DNA of 64,000 nucleotides from a virus: IMG/VR virus record IMGVR_UViG_3300020204_000007, positions 32,001 to 96,000 of that record; one strand, 5' to 3'. Shown piece by piece: positions 47,844 to 57,777 of this stretch (position 1 is its first letter; each line of letters starts with the position of its first letter). The notes under the pieces were generated by a model. It saw only the letters and a program-made list of their open reading frames with translations, ran no database searches and was not told where the DNA came from. The position numbers and the translations under genes were made by a program.

Positions 47844-48699
47844 AAGCAATTCCTTCAATATTACAGGTAGTTAATAAAATATTTTTACCGTTCATTTGTA
47901 AGTAAGGGAAAGATTCTGTTGGTTGGTGTTTCATCAAAGTATAGGCGACGTCTTCAGGCTTTGCTTTTTTGTTTAAAATTTTACAAGTTGGCGCTGCTCC
48001 TCGCCCCATTTCTAAATACTTGAATTCATCAATATATTCTGGAAATTGATATCCAAAATCCATCATAATCTCGGTCATATGGAATGGATTTTTAAATTTT
48101 AAAATTGGATGAATGCTATTAGTTAAGTATTGAATACTATGTTTTTTATCAGACATCAGCAATTGATAAATTGGTTCAACTAATTCTGGCAGTTTTTCAT
48201 ATAAAAATGCTTCTCGATTTTCTGCGCCAATAATAGAAAGACCTGCTTGCGGGAAAAGATATGCAGTATTGAATTTTGGCCCTTCTATTTTATTGAATTT
48301 TTCACGTGAAAGTTTGTTTTCTTCTTTATTTAAAGAAATATTACCGGTAATTTCAAGAGTTTTAGGTAAATTAATATACCTAGCAAACATAATATTTAAT
48401 AAAGTTAATTTTTTATCGTGAAGACACGATTGAAGCCAGTTGTGTATCCACAGTGTTGTTTTATCTAATTCTCTATAACAGTTTGTAAAATAATTTCTAT
48501 TCAAAATAGGATCTTCTGTCCACGGTCTTGGTTGCCCGTTATCTTTTAAATGAAAAATTTTCATTCGTTCAATTGCAAAATCCCAATATCTCTGTTCAAT
48601 AATAGAATCTATAGCAACTTCATTCCCCTGCATCCAACCAAAATTTTGGTATTCAGAAAAATGAATATAAGAATTTAATGCTTTGATAATAGAACTCAT
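47776..48699 (-). CDS. aGPT-Pplase1 / 5-hmdU DNA kinase helical-domain family protein
   Basis: FAIER, PWTEDPILNRNYFTNCYRELDKTTLW, F...EIMMD, GRGA and IEGIACEFRKY motifs. Confidence 0.82.
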   Translation of the reverse strand: MSSIIKALNSYIHFSEYQNFGWMQGNEVAIDSIIEQRYWDFAIERMKIFHLKDNGQPRPWTEDPILNRNYFTNCYRELDKTTLWIHNWLQSCLHDKKLTLLNIMFARYINLPKTLEITGNISLNKEENKLSREKFNKIEGPKFNTAYLFPQAGLSIIGAENREAFLYEKLPELVEPIYQLLMSDKKHSIQYLTNSIHPILKFKNPFHMTEIMMDFGYQFPEYIDEFKYLEMGRGAAPTCKILNKKAKPEDVAYTLMKHQPTESFPYLQMNGKNILLTTCNIEGIACEFRKYCSLLEGKGRNRKYYGI

Positions 48700-49403
48700 C
48701 TCGTTTTAACCTTTTCTAACAATTCTAAAAGTTCTAATCTGTCGTGTTCTGATTTTTCTTCAATTAACGTCGGCTCTATTACGCTGGATTCAATAGTTTC
48801 AACCCTATTTTTAGCCGCATTATTTAGGTTTGCAACGTTAACATTAACAACTGTACCACTTGCTGACTTGCCTTCGGCTTCTTTAGTTTGAAGAGATTGA
48901 AGCATATCTAATAAAGTCATAAAATCACGATAATTTTTCGGAATTAATGGACAATTTTTAGCTTGAGTTGGATCTTTTATAACTTCTGCTAATTGTTGTT
49001 TATATAAAGCGGCAGTTGCTACAATTGCGTCTGTAACTAAATCAATAGCGGCTGCATCTGCGCGAGTGACTTTTTCACCTGCACGAACAGAGGTAACAAG
49101 TTTTTTTCGTTCATGCCATTTATAATAAATGCCTGTGTATAACAAAATTCCCAATGGAATATTAAGTTTATTGGCAATTTCTTCCCAGCTAGCTCCCATG
49201 TAATAAAAATAAAACGCCGACTGCTCTACTTGTGACGGCAACCTGCTTCCAATTTTAACGGCCGTAGTTTTTGCTAGTTGAAATTCTTCCGCAGTCATAT
49301 CAATTGGCTGATCACCAAAACAATCTAAAGGCTCTTCACGTTTTATAAACGAAGATTCTGAATAATTTGGAGTAATATTGCTGTTTTTATTATTCTTTTT
49401 CAT
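48696..49403 (-). CDS. HTH protein, candidate terminase small subunit
   Basis: GASWEEIANKLNIP HTH, W..RK, VNVNV strand; upstream of terL. Confidence 0.5.
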   Translation of the reverse strand: MKKNNKNSNITPNYSESSFIKREEPLDCFGDQPIDMTAEEFQLAKTTAVKIGSRLPSQVEQSAFYFYYMGASWEEIANKLNIPLGILLYTGIYYKWHERKKLVTSVRAGEKVTRADAAAIDLVTDAIVATAALYKQQLAEVIKDPTQAKNCPLIPKNYRDFMTLLDMLQSLQTKEAEGKSASGTVVNVNVANLNNAAKNRVETIESSVIEPTLIEEKSEHDRLELLELLEKVKTR

Positions 49404-49440
49404 ACAAACCGCCTTTTTTACATATATATTATTTTTTCAT

Positions 49441-49475
49441 AAAAATAAACAGCCTAAGATATTATTCTTAGGCTG
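49441..49475 (-). terminator. Terminator after the tail sheath gene
   Basis: cagcctaaga/tcttaggctg stem followed by a U-rich tract on the minus strand. Confidence 0.75.
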
Positions 49476-49503
49476 CAATATTTTTAGTTTTTACTAGAGT
49501 AAA

Positions 49504-52350
49504 TTACTCTGTAACACCAGTAGCACGGCGAGCGAGGACATCAACCGTGATGAACTCAACAGCTTCGACAGGAAATACACTAATTGTAACCTTGTATGTA
49601 TTACCATCAAGAATAATTGAATCAACACTAAATTGACGCAAAGCGCCTTGGGCAACAAAGCTAGATAAAACGTCTTGAATTGATTTAGATACAACCGATG
49701 GAGAAACATCTGTTGTTCTTGAGCCAATAAAATTATCTAATGTGCTGCGAAGAGTTTTAACCGTTTCATCTACAACAAATTGAACATTCACTCGTTCAAA
49801 ATACCATCCCTTTGGATCATTTTGGCGAGAACGAGTTGAAAGATCTGGAGATTCCATGCGAACTCCAAATCCTGTAACTGATTTAAGAACAATTAAACCA
49901 GCTTCAATTGCTTCGTCTAATTCTTTAGTATCTGCATCAAAATCTGGCACAAATACATCAGAAAATACGCTCAAATCACCAATATGTTTAATGTTTGAAA
50001 CTTGGAAACTCTTTCTAAGAAGAGAAGTTCCGAGAATCGCTTGCGCACGACCGGCAGCTAGAGAACAAGCAAGCATCCAAGGTAAAAACCATTGGACATC
50101 GCCGTTTGAATTAATTGTTCTAGCTTGCTGAAATGCCATTTGAACACGTTCACAGCTTACTTCTGCAGCTTTTTGCCTTGCTGCCGCAAAAGAACTATGA
50201 ACGCTGCAGATTGCAAATCTTTCACGTTGATATTGAATGCTGCTTGCGCTTAAAACATGGGCTTTAACCGCCGAATTAATAGAATCAATTGAATATACAC
50301 TTGCTTGGTCTGTTAAACCATCTTCAATATCTTTACTAGAATCTCGACTAAACAACGGCACTACTTGAGAAACATCAATTTTCAAGGCCGCATCAAGAGC
50401 ATTCTGTACTTCAATGTTTGAAGTTGCACCTACAGAACCGCCTTCTAAAAACTTTGGAGAAGAAAAAACATCAGGAAGTCCTGCAAATGCGGGAGATGCT
50501 GTGTTTTCTACCAAACTAATCAAACCAAAATTATTATCAACCAGTGATTTAAAATCAAAATAATCAGATTTAAGTAGTCCTGGGAATGCGTTTCCTGAAT
50601 GGCCAGTACAAATTCCAACTGAATCAACTTGGTCAATCACAGAAGGACTAAGGCTTTTCCAACGAGCATCGGAAACACGTGCCTTATAACCAGTTTTAGT
50701 ATTAATAAATGCAATCAAATCACCGATTGTATTATATTTAGCTAATAAAACATCAAGGTTAGCGCCAGAACCACCGGAGACTGATGTTTTTAGCTTTTTG
50801 TCTTTTGTTACTGTAACTGTTGCAGTTGTTCCTTCATAGCCAAGCTCAAGAACTACACGGCCGCCTACTGGTGTATTTGGAAATTGAGCTCCGTCTGTTA
50901 ATCTTGCAGAAACAATTCGGACTTGTTTTTCTGAAGAAGAACGAGAAATAACTGGGCCTTCTACTGTGCTGATACTATTTTCTTTAATATAAAATGGTGA
51001 TGTTTGGCCATCAAGTGCTTGGACAGCTACAGATACAGGATTATTAGGGGCAGAACCTGTAATACATTTCTTAGCTTTAATAACCGATGCACCTGCAGAA
51101 GTTACAATCCAAGCTCCAACGTTTTTTGATCCTGCGCCTTTTAAAACACTGTTTGATGGAACAACAAGCAATTCACCTAGTTTGGGTTGAACTGCAAATG
51201 CGCCACTTGAAAGGACAAACGAACCTTCAGATCCACTTACACCCAAAGAAATAGAAGCTGAAATAGATACATTATTTGAAACAGCAGGTCTTTTAGAAGC
51301 TGACATTAAAAATTTAGCTGCAGCGCCAATATCTCCACCGGCAACGTAGTATTCAATTGAAGCCGCGGCTCCGTCTTTTGTGGATTCTGTGACTTCAAAA
51401 GAAACTGGTGCATGCACCAATAATTCTGCATCAGCAACGGAACTCTGGCTACCAGAAACTAGACCAGATACAGATTCGCACTCTTGAATCGTGCGCTCGC
51501 CGGCAGAAGTGTTAGCTGTCAATCGATCCATAACGATTGTATTAGAAGTACGAGATTGAATCTCATAATTTCCGCAATTTTTTTCGTCTGCACCAGCGAG
51601 AGCGGAACCTAGAGGAATATAAACAATGTCGCCGGCAACTACATCTGCGCCAAATGAACCTGAAGTTGAAACCGATACTCTTGTGGGATGTTGAAGATCA
51701 ACAGAAAGAGTAAGAGTATCGCCAGCTGTCAAAAAAGATTTTAAAGCTCCGCCAGAAACAGAGAATCCATCAGCAGATGCATTAATTGTTGTAACCATTT
51801 CAGCGGGAGTCGCTTCAGAAGCTGCCAAAAAACTTTGCTCTTCGCCACCGTTAGCGCGAACCATAAGGCCAGCCGCACCAGATCCCATTAAATATCTAAC
51901 TGTTTTTTTAGGTTTAATTTCGGCTGCTGCTTCTTTAATTTGAACAGAAATAGAATTTCCGTCTTCGCCATATTCTGCAGCGGCAATAGTCGCATAAAGG
52001 CTTGCACCTCTAAGAAGATTAGAAGACGCTAATCCTGAACTATTAGTTTTATAAACAAACAAACTATTAACAGCGCCAGTGAAAACCGGACTTGCTTGGT
52101 TTGAAAATAGCATTCTAGCCGCATCTACTATTGGACCTGAGCCATAATAGTTCTTGACAGATTGATAATCTGTGAAGAACGTTCTATTAAGATCTAAAAG
52201 CGCACCGGGAACACCTTTAGTTGCTTCGCCAATAATAAGAATGTTACGTGGACCAGGGGCGACATTAGTGAGGTTATCTTCAACTTTTACAGAAGAATAA
52301 ACTCCAGGAACAACAACCCTCGTTCCATTAATTACAGCGGATAAAGTCAT
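49504..52350 (-). CDS. Contractile tail sheath protein
   Basis: PGVYS, IIGEATKGVPG, YGSGPIVDA, YGEDGNSI; C-terminal PVEAVEFITV. Confidence 0.9.
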   Translation of the reverse strand: MTLSAVINGTRVVVPGVYSSVKVEDNLTNVAPGPRNILIIGEATKGVPGALLDLNRTFFTDYQSVKNYYGSGPIVDAARMLFSNQASPVFTGAVNSLFVYKTNSSGLASSNLLRGASLYATIAAAEYGEDGNSISVQIKEAAAEIKPKKTVRYLMGSGAAGLMVRANGGEEQSFLAASEATPAEMVTTINASADGFSVSGGALKSFLTAGDTLTLSVDLQHPTRVSVSTSGSFGADVVAGDIVYIPLGSALAGADEKNCGNYEIQSRTSNTIVMDRLTANTSAGERTIQECESVSGLVSGSQSSVADAELLVHAPVSFEVTESTKDGAAASIEYYVAGGDIGAAAKFLMSASKRPAVSNNVSISASISLGVSGSEGSFVLSSGAFAVQPKLGELLVVPSNSVLKGAGSKNVGAWIVTSAGASVIKAKKCITGSAPNNPVSVAVQALDGQTSPFYIKENSISTVEGPVISRSSSEKQVRIVSARLTDGAQFPNTPVGGRVVLELGYEGTTATVTVTKDKKLKTSVSGGSGANLDVLLAKYNTIGDLIAFINTKTGYKARVSDARWKSLSPSVIDQVDSVGICTGHSGNAFPGLLKSDYFDFKSLVDNNFGLISLVENTASPAFAGLPDVFSSPKFLEGGSVGATSNIEVQNALDAALKIDVSQVVPLFSRDSSKDIEDGLTDQASVYSIDSINSAVKAHVLSASSIQYQRERFAICSVHSSFAAARQKAAEVSCERVQMAFQQARTINSNGDVQWFLPWMLACSLAAGRAQAILGTSLLRKSFQVSNIKHIGDLSVFSDVFVPDFDADTKELDEAIEAGLIVLKSVTGFGVRMESPDLSTRSRQNDPKGWYFERVNVQFVVDETVKTLRSTLDNFIGSRTTDVSPSVVSKSIQDVLSSFVAQGALRQFSVDSIILDGNTYKVTISVFPVEAVEFITVDVLARRATGVTE

Positions 52351-52427
52351 CGAAAAAACCTCGTCTAAGGTTAAGAATAGTATCTAAAATATTATATTCA
52401 ATATATTAATGATACTTTTATTTTTGC

Positions 52428-52694
52428 TTACTTAAGAATATACCCGTATTGTTTCATAACATCGAGCATTTGTTCTTCTGTACCAATTATTGGATAACCT
52501 TTGTGATTACAAAAAGCAACTAATCCGCTAAGATGATTTGGTTTAAATTTAGGAATAAATTTATCAGCATGCATGCTAGCAACTTGTTCTAAGCTCAACA
52601 ATTGTGGAGTTTGCTCAGTTGCTTCACTGGCTTTATTTTCTTGAACGTCGATTTGTTCTTCAACAATCTTTTTCGATTTTTTTTCTTTTGCCAT
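52428..52694 (-). CDS. Hypothetical protein
   Basis: ORF with AAGGG SD. Confidence 0.6.
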   Translation of the reverse strand: MAKEKKSKKIVEEQIDVQENKASEATEQTPQLLSLEQVASMHADKFIPKFKPNHLSGLVAFCNHKGYPIIGTEEQMLDVMKQYGYILK

Positions 52695-52732
52695 TTTTTA
52701 AAACCCTTTATAGAAAAAAGTAATTAATAAAA

Positions 52733-53311
52733 TTATTTTTTGGTATCAACGCATTCTTCGTAAAAGAATGGTTCAATAATACCAATTCTGTTAACTATAT
52801 TATACGCCACAGCTTTTTTAGCATCGAAAAACATGTCTGGCGTTTTGTTTCTGTTAAAATCTTGAATAAATTTTTTAAAATTTTTAGTGCCCATGTATTT
52901 TTCCATGTATCCTAAAAATGATTTTTCTTGATTTTGAAGATTTTCAATATCTTTTTTTGCTTTTTCAAAATCTGTATCTTCAAAATTAACTAGATAGTTA
53001 TGATGCATAAACTGAGCTTCTGGCCAAGCCACTCGCTCTTCACCAATACAAGCTAGAATCACGCCGTAGCTCTGAGCCATTGCCATGACTTGTGTTTTGA
53101 TTGGTTTTTTACTTGAATTTAATAGAGGAACTAAAGGGCGGGCAAAATCGATGTCAGAAGAACCTGTACAGTTAATATTCATTAATATCCATGAGACGTT
53201 TGGATCGTTCTGCAATTCATAAAAACGAGTATATACATATTGCAATTCTTTAAAAGAACCAATATCCTCTGGAATCCAAAGAATGTTATTTTTTATAACC
53301 TTGTTTGCCAT
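52733..53311 (-). CDS. ClpP-like protease
   Basis: INCTGS, AMAQSYG (Ser), FMHH (His), D.FFDAKKAVAYNIVN. Confidence 0.75.
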   Translation of the reverse strand: MANKVIKNNILWIPEDIGSFKELQYVYTRFYELQNDPNVSWILMNINCTGSSDIDFARPLVPLLNSSKKPIKTQVMAMAQSYGVILACIGEERVAWPEAQFMHHNYLVNFEDTDFEKAKKDIENLQNQEKSFLGYMEKYMGTKNFKKFIQDFNRNKTPDMFFDAKKAVAYNIVNRIGIIEPFFYEECVDTKK

Positions 53312-53362
53312 TAGATAGTTTCCTGATCGTATGCAACGACAGTATCTTCCTCTACCTTCTGT

Positions 53363-54226
53363 TTAGTTTTTTACAGATAACTGTATTTTGTCCACACCTT
53401 TCGATTCTGTAATAATCCATTGCTCTTGTAAAGAGCCATTTATTGTGTGTTGTGTGATCCATACGTTTGATTCTGGGAAATCTGCACTTCTACTAAGAGC
53501 AGAATGAGAAAAGGTAACGTCTTCCATTCCGTTTTCAATCAAGTAAATACGACTTTGTTTCAGTAAAAATCTAATAATGCAAGAAATTAATTCAGATAAT
53601 TCAGGATCGCCTGCGACGTTAACATAAACGGTGATTCTTACTCTGTCAAATGAACTTCCGACTATCAAATTTTTTGAATCTAGACAACTAACGGCTTTCC
53701 AATTTATCAACGGTTGCGTTTTATCTGCTTTTACGTCTAAAACAATAACAAAATCGCCATTTTTGTCAGTTTCAAAATTAATAATTTGAGATTGAAACTT
53801 TTTATTTTTGACTATTAATCTACGCCAGATCTTATTTTGCAAATTCAAATCTTTGCTAACTATCAGATTACCTTCATCTGTGATATTTTTTATATCAAAT
53901 GACGCATAACTTTTTTGTTCTATGCTCATTCTATGAGTTTCGCCATAATCGCCAATGAATTGGCGTTCTTCGGAACCGCCTTCGTAAGTTACACAGATAT
54001 TTGGTAATTTATCAATATCAAGACGATACCCTAACGTGTAATGAAATTCATTTTCCATAATCCATTTGATAGCCATGTCAATATATGGCGCACCATATAC
54101 ATCATTCATTTCATCATTTAAACAAAACCCCCTAAGCAAAAATTCTAAATGTTCGGGTTTTTCTCGTAAAAAAGAAAGTTGCTTTTTTAGATATTGGAGT
54201 ATGTATAGGTGGGGAAGTAATATCAT
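53363..54226 (-). CDS. Probable tail-completion/neck protein
   Basis: LPNICVTYEGGSE motif; structural context; start 54226 via ATGA overlap. Confidence 0.55.
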   Translation of the reverse strand: MILLPHLYILQYLKKQLSFLREKPEHLEFLLRGFCLNDEMNDVYGAPYIDMAIKWIMENEFHYTLGYRLDIDKLPNICVTYEGGSEERQFIGDYGETHRMSIEQKSYASFDIKNITDEGNLIVSKDLNLQNKIWRRLIVKNKKFQSQIINFETDKNGDFVIVLDVKADKTQPLINWKAVSCLDSKNLIVGSSFDRVRITVYVNVAGDPELSELISCIIRFLLKQSRIYLIENGMEDVTFSHSALSRSADFPESNVWITQHTINGSLQEQWIITESKGVDKIQLSVKN

Positions 54227-55071
54227 AAATCTCCAAATGCTTCTGCTAAAAGAGAATCCAAAGTATCGGCAAATAATCGCTCTTCGTTCTCGTTCTTCCA
54301 ATCAATTATCTTCTTATAAATTTCTTTTCCTGAAAAGCCAGGATGATTCCATGCGGCTGAGCCATGTTTTGCGCTTACTGTTCTAAATATTACATACTTT
54401 GTTTTAACAACTTTTTGTGTTTTGGCCGCTGCTTCGAAGGTTTCTTCTTTAATGAGCGTTCCAAGGTCTAGAGGATTTTTGGCTATTGACCTTTTTATCG
54501 AGCGTCCTTCGGCATCTTTTGCATCTTCTAAAAAAGAAAATTTTGTTTTTTGTAAAACCGTATTTATTTTTGATTGAATTTCAATTTCTTTTGATGTTAA
54601 GACAGTCTTTTTTGCCTCGGTAGAGGCTGTTCTTGATGCAATTCTTTGAAATGTATCCATTTTTGAATCTAGGGAACCGGCGTCGTGTCTCAAAGGTACG
54701 GTTTTATACGGGAACCCTTTTTTAGATATTTTTACATTTCCCGTTGCTAATAATTTTTCCTTCATACTGAAGGGCTGTATTCCAGATTCTAAATATCCAA
54801 TGACTGGGGTTACTGGCGAAAAGAAAACAGCGTTTTCATTCCCCGTAGAAATAACTCTAAATGATGCAATATAATTTGCGGCTACGCTTGGATCATCTAC
54901 ACTTTGAATGACAATTGCAAAAATTGCCTGTTCTATCTTTGTTTTTACGATTTCTCTAGCAATTTTTTGTAAATCTCGTCGGATTTCTTCCCGCTCGACT
55001 GATTCCAGATATTCTAGATACTCTTGATAGAATGCATATTCTTCGTATAATCTATCTATCTTGCGTTTCAC
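54223..55071 (-). CDS. Probable neck protein
   Basis: LESGIQPFSMK, Y.TVPLRH, FRTVS and WNHPG resemble myovirus neck proteins; GAGGGG SD with GTG start. Confidence 0.6.
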   Translation of the reverse strand: MKRKIDRLYEEYAFYQEYLEYLESVEREEIRRDLQKIAREIVKTKIEQAIFAIVIQSVDDPSVAANYIASFRVISTGNENAVFFSPVTPVIGYLESGIQPFSMKEKLLATGNVKISKKGFPYKTVPLRHDAGSLDSKMDTFQRIASRTASTEAKKTVLTSKEIEIQSKINTVLQKTKFSFLEDAKDAEGRSIKRSIAKNPLDLGTLIKEETFEAAAKTQKVVKTKYVIFRTVSAKHGSAAWNHPGFSGKEIYKKIIDWKNENEERLFADTLDSLLAEAFGDL

Positions 55072-55163
55072 TTCCCCTCCTGAGCTTTCCTAATATATAT
55101 CCCCATATTATATAAAGCCAACTGTGAAACACTACTAGATAATTGACTAATAGTCAAGAAATA

Positions 55164-55769
55164 TTAAGTACCACTCAATAGATTATTCTTGACTAACTCT
55201 AGAACTTGTTTTTCTTGATCTGATAGTCCAGAACAAGATTCCATAATTTTTTGAAGAACGTTTTCTCCGGCGTCTTCGGACGCTACTACACCCATCATTG
55301 CAGATACGGCTTCAAGAAGAGATTGAGGTTTAGCTTCTTCAACATTCTTTTCCATTGGCTCTGCAGAGGTTGGTAATTCAGCCGCTTTATTTTCTTCTTG
55401 AGCAGTTAAAGCCATGGCCAATTCTTCTTGGTGAGATTTCTTGTCTTTTTGCATAGTTCTTTTTAACATGCCAACTTCGCGTTTCAGGTCTTGAATTTTA
55501 TTAAAAAGAATTTCAAGATCTTTAGGAATCAGTTCTTTATCACGCAAGGCTTTAAAATCATGATAATTAAGCTGATCGTGCAAAATTAAATCGCCTAAAT
55601 CCTCTGGCATGACATCTCTTGACTCTAATAAATGTAAAAAATTTGGTACATTAGTCATTTTTTTATCTAAAAGGCTGTATAGTCCTTTTTCATTTTCGCC
55701 GTGACCATAATAAACAGGTTTATCGTGCATAGTGTAAATTTTCATACTAAGAATTTTTGGTTCTTTCAT
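55164..55769 (-). CDS. Hypothetical protein
   Basis: AGGAG SD. Confidence 0.7.
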   Translation of the reverse strand: MKEPKILSMKIYTMHDKPVYYGHGENEKGLYSLLDKKMTNVPNFLHLLESRDVMPEDLGDLILHDQLNYHDFKALRDKELIPKDLEILFNKIQDLKREVGMLKRTMQKDKKSHQEELAMALTAQEENKAAELPTSAEPMEKNVEEAKPQSLLEAVSAMMGVVASEDAGENVLQKIMESCSGLSDQEKQVLELVKNNLLSGT

Positions 55770-55771
55770 AA

Positions 55772-56644
55772 TTAACTCCTTGAATTATTAGTTCTTTCAG
55801 GTTCTATATTTTTAGGCCATTCTGGTAAATCAATTCCAGACGAATCAATCCACAACATTTTTAACACAGCAGATCCTGCTACGTAAGTAGGAAAACTAGG
55901 TTTAGAATCGTTTCCAAATTCATTCATAAACACAGTTCTAAAAACTCTGGGCGTAGATAAAACAGAAAAGTACGGCTTTGTCCAATAAACAACTGAAAGA
56001 GTTTCACCACGCCCCTTATTTGAATCCCAATTTGGTTTTTTTCCAATCCATTCGATCATATTATTTGTAATAGCAAAATCAATATTATTTTCATATCTAT
56101 TATTTCGTCCATCTACTAAATAATCGACGTCTATTATAGGAAATTTTAATCTTTGTAGACCATTTGGTTTGTATTCAAATAATTCTTGAGTAAGAACAGT
56201 GACACCATTATCAACTGTGATAATGTCATTTTTTCTCAAATAAACACGCTCTAAATCTGGTCTATCTTCTTCATAATATGTTGTGTAATTAACTGCTGAG
56301 ATTGCATGAGAGCCATGCACGCCTTGGATAATATACTGGTCTTGCCAATTTAATTGCTGTATTGCAATATAAAAAGGTTTTGGATCATAAAGATTATAAC
56401 CAGGAATGTCAGTTTCTGTGTCTAAAAATACGCCCGCAGCGGGAGTTTCTCGAGATGCAACTAAAGCATGGCGCCAATGTGTGGCCTTAAACCCTTTTGA
56501 TCGTACTAGATTATCATGGGCATCATTACTAAAAATACCGCCCGGAACAGCGGGTCCATGTGGATGGACTCCACCAGGCAGACCACGATATTCATTTGGT
56601 GTTTTTATCCCAATCAAAAAATTTGGGGGTTTTTTATCGGCCAT
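55772..56644 (-). CDS. Probable head-closure/neck protein
   Basis: ENNIDF...IEW...P...G...SVVY pattern; GAGGT SD. Confidence 0.55.
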   Translation of the reverse strand: MADKKPPNFLIGIKTPNEYRGLPGGVHPHGPAVPGGIFSNDAHDNLVRSKGFKATHWRHALVASRETPAAGVFLDTETDIPGYNLYDPKPFYIAIQQLNWQDQYIIQGVHGSHAISAVNYTTYYEEDRPDLERVYLRKNDIITVDNGVTVLTQELFEYKPNGLQRLKFPIIDVDYLVDGRNNRYENNIDFAITNNMIEWIGKKPNWDSNKGRGETLSVVYWTKPYFSVLSTPRVFRTVFMNEFGNDSKPSFPTYVAGSAVLKMLWIDSSGIDLPEWPKNIEPERTNNSRS

Positions 56645-56740
56645 GAATTACCTCTTATCTTTTATTATCACACATAATTTAACAGGGGGCATACATTGTA
56701 TTTAATTACAAATGATACATACTATTAAAAATAAACTCTC

Positions 56741-57301
56741 ATGGCGGGGGTAATCTTGCAAAGCAAGCATTCTTTCGAAATTTATCTTGTTCGCTCTAAT
56801 CCTCTTTACGAAAACTTACCACGAATATTTATCGCAAAAATAAAAAATGAAAAAATATCATGGGTTTATGAAATTGATGAAATTCAAGAAAGACTATTTG
56901 ATAATGAATTTTGTTCAGAAGAAGCCGAGCATCTTGGAACTATTGAAAATTTAAATCACGATGAATTGTCAGCCGTGATTCGGCATCCAAAGAAAAATGA
57001 ATTGATTAATTTTGAATTAACTCAAAAATTAATGTGGATGTTTGAAACTTTGATGGGCGATCATATGAAAGTAAAAATTGGTAGCGTTGTTCATTTAGCA
57101 AAACCTAAGAAATTTACTAGAACACCGGAGATGGACTTAGCTGAACAAGAAGAAATGCGCCGTAAAATTGAAAACATAGAGCACAAAAATAAAACTATGC
57201 GCCGGCGCCAAGATGAATTATACCTGTCTGAAGAAGAGGTAGAAGAATATGTATTCAAAAATCGCAAAAACAATCGTAGCATCCATAATTCAAAAAACTA
57301 A
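56741..57301 (+). CDS. Hypothetical protein
   Basis: ORF only. Confidence 0.6.
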   Translation: MAGVILQSKHSFEIYLVRSNPLYENLPRIFIAKIKNEKISWVYEIDEIQERLFDNEFCSEEAEHLGTIENLNHDELSAVIRHPKKNELINFELTQKLMWMFETLMGDHMKVKIGSVVHLAKPKKFTRTPEMDLAEQEEMRRKIENIEHKNKTMRRRQDELYLSEEEVEEYVFKNRKNNRSIHNSKN

Positions 57302-57746
57302 TAGTTTGGAAGATGCCCCAATTTTAGAAGAATTAGAAGCCGCCGGTGTAGACAATAATTTATTGGCTGAAGTTGTAGATTTTTTAGATCGTTGTAATCT
57401 AATCTATGAATCTGGTATACCAAGTTATGCAACAGAGATTGCAAAAAACAATATTTCTTCTTTAAAAAGAAAAATTTTAATCTCTAATCATCAAGATAAG
57501 TCATTAGAATATGAACTAAAAATGTTAAATCAACCAAGTAAAATTTATTTAGGCGTTAGCTATAATAAAAAGAACGAAAATATTTATGTTAAATCAGATA
57601 GTGGCGAGATTTTAACTATTAAAAAGCTTAATTCTTTAGAAGATTTAAACGCTCATATTGCATCTCATAGTGACCTAGCAGTATACTTTAATGGTGAATT
57701 AGTTTTTATTGATAAAAATACTTCAGGGTATAATAATTTACAATAG
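57249..57746 (+). CDS. Hypothetical protein
   Basis: GAGGT SD. Confidence 0.65.
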   Translation: MYSKIAKTIVASIIQKTNSLEDAPILEELEAAGVDNNLLAEVVDFLDRCNLIYESGIPSYATEIAKNNISSLKRKILISNHQDKSLEYELKMLNQPSKIYLGVSYNKKNENIYVKSDSGEILTIKKLNSLEDLNAHIASHSDLAVYFNGELVFIDKNTSGYNNLQ

Positions 57747-57777
57747 TATATCACCTATGAAGTGCTAAGGAGCCTCC

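Noticed and set aside
47776-47858. Programmed frameshift fusing aGPT-Pplase1 to the oxygenase
   Set aside because: An in-frame GTG at 47843 with an AAGGA SD explains the overlap, and no clear slippery site is seen.
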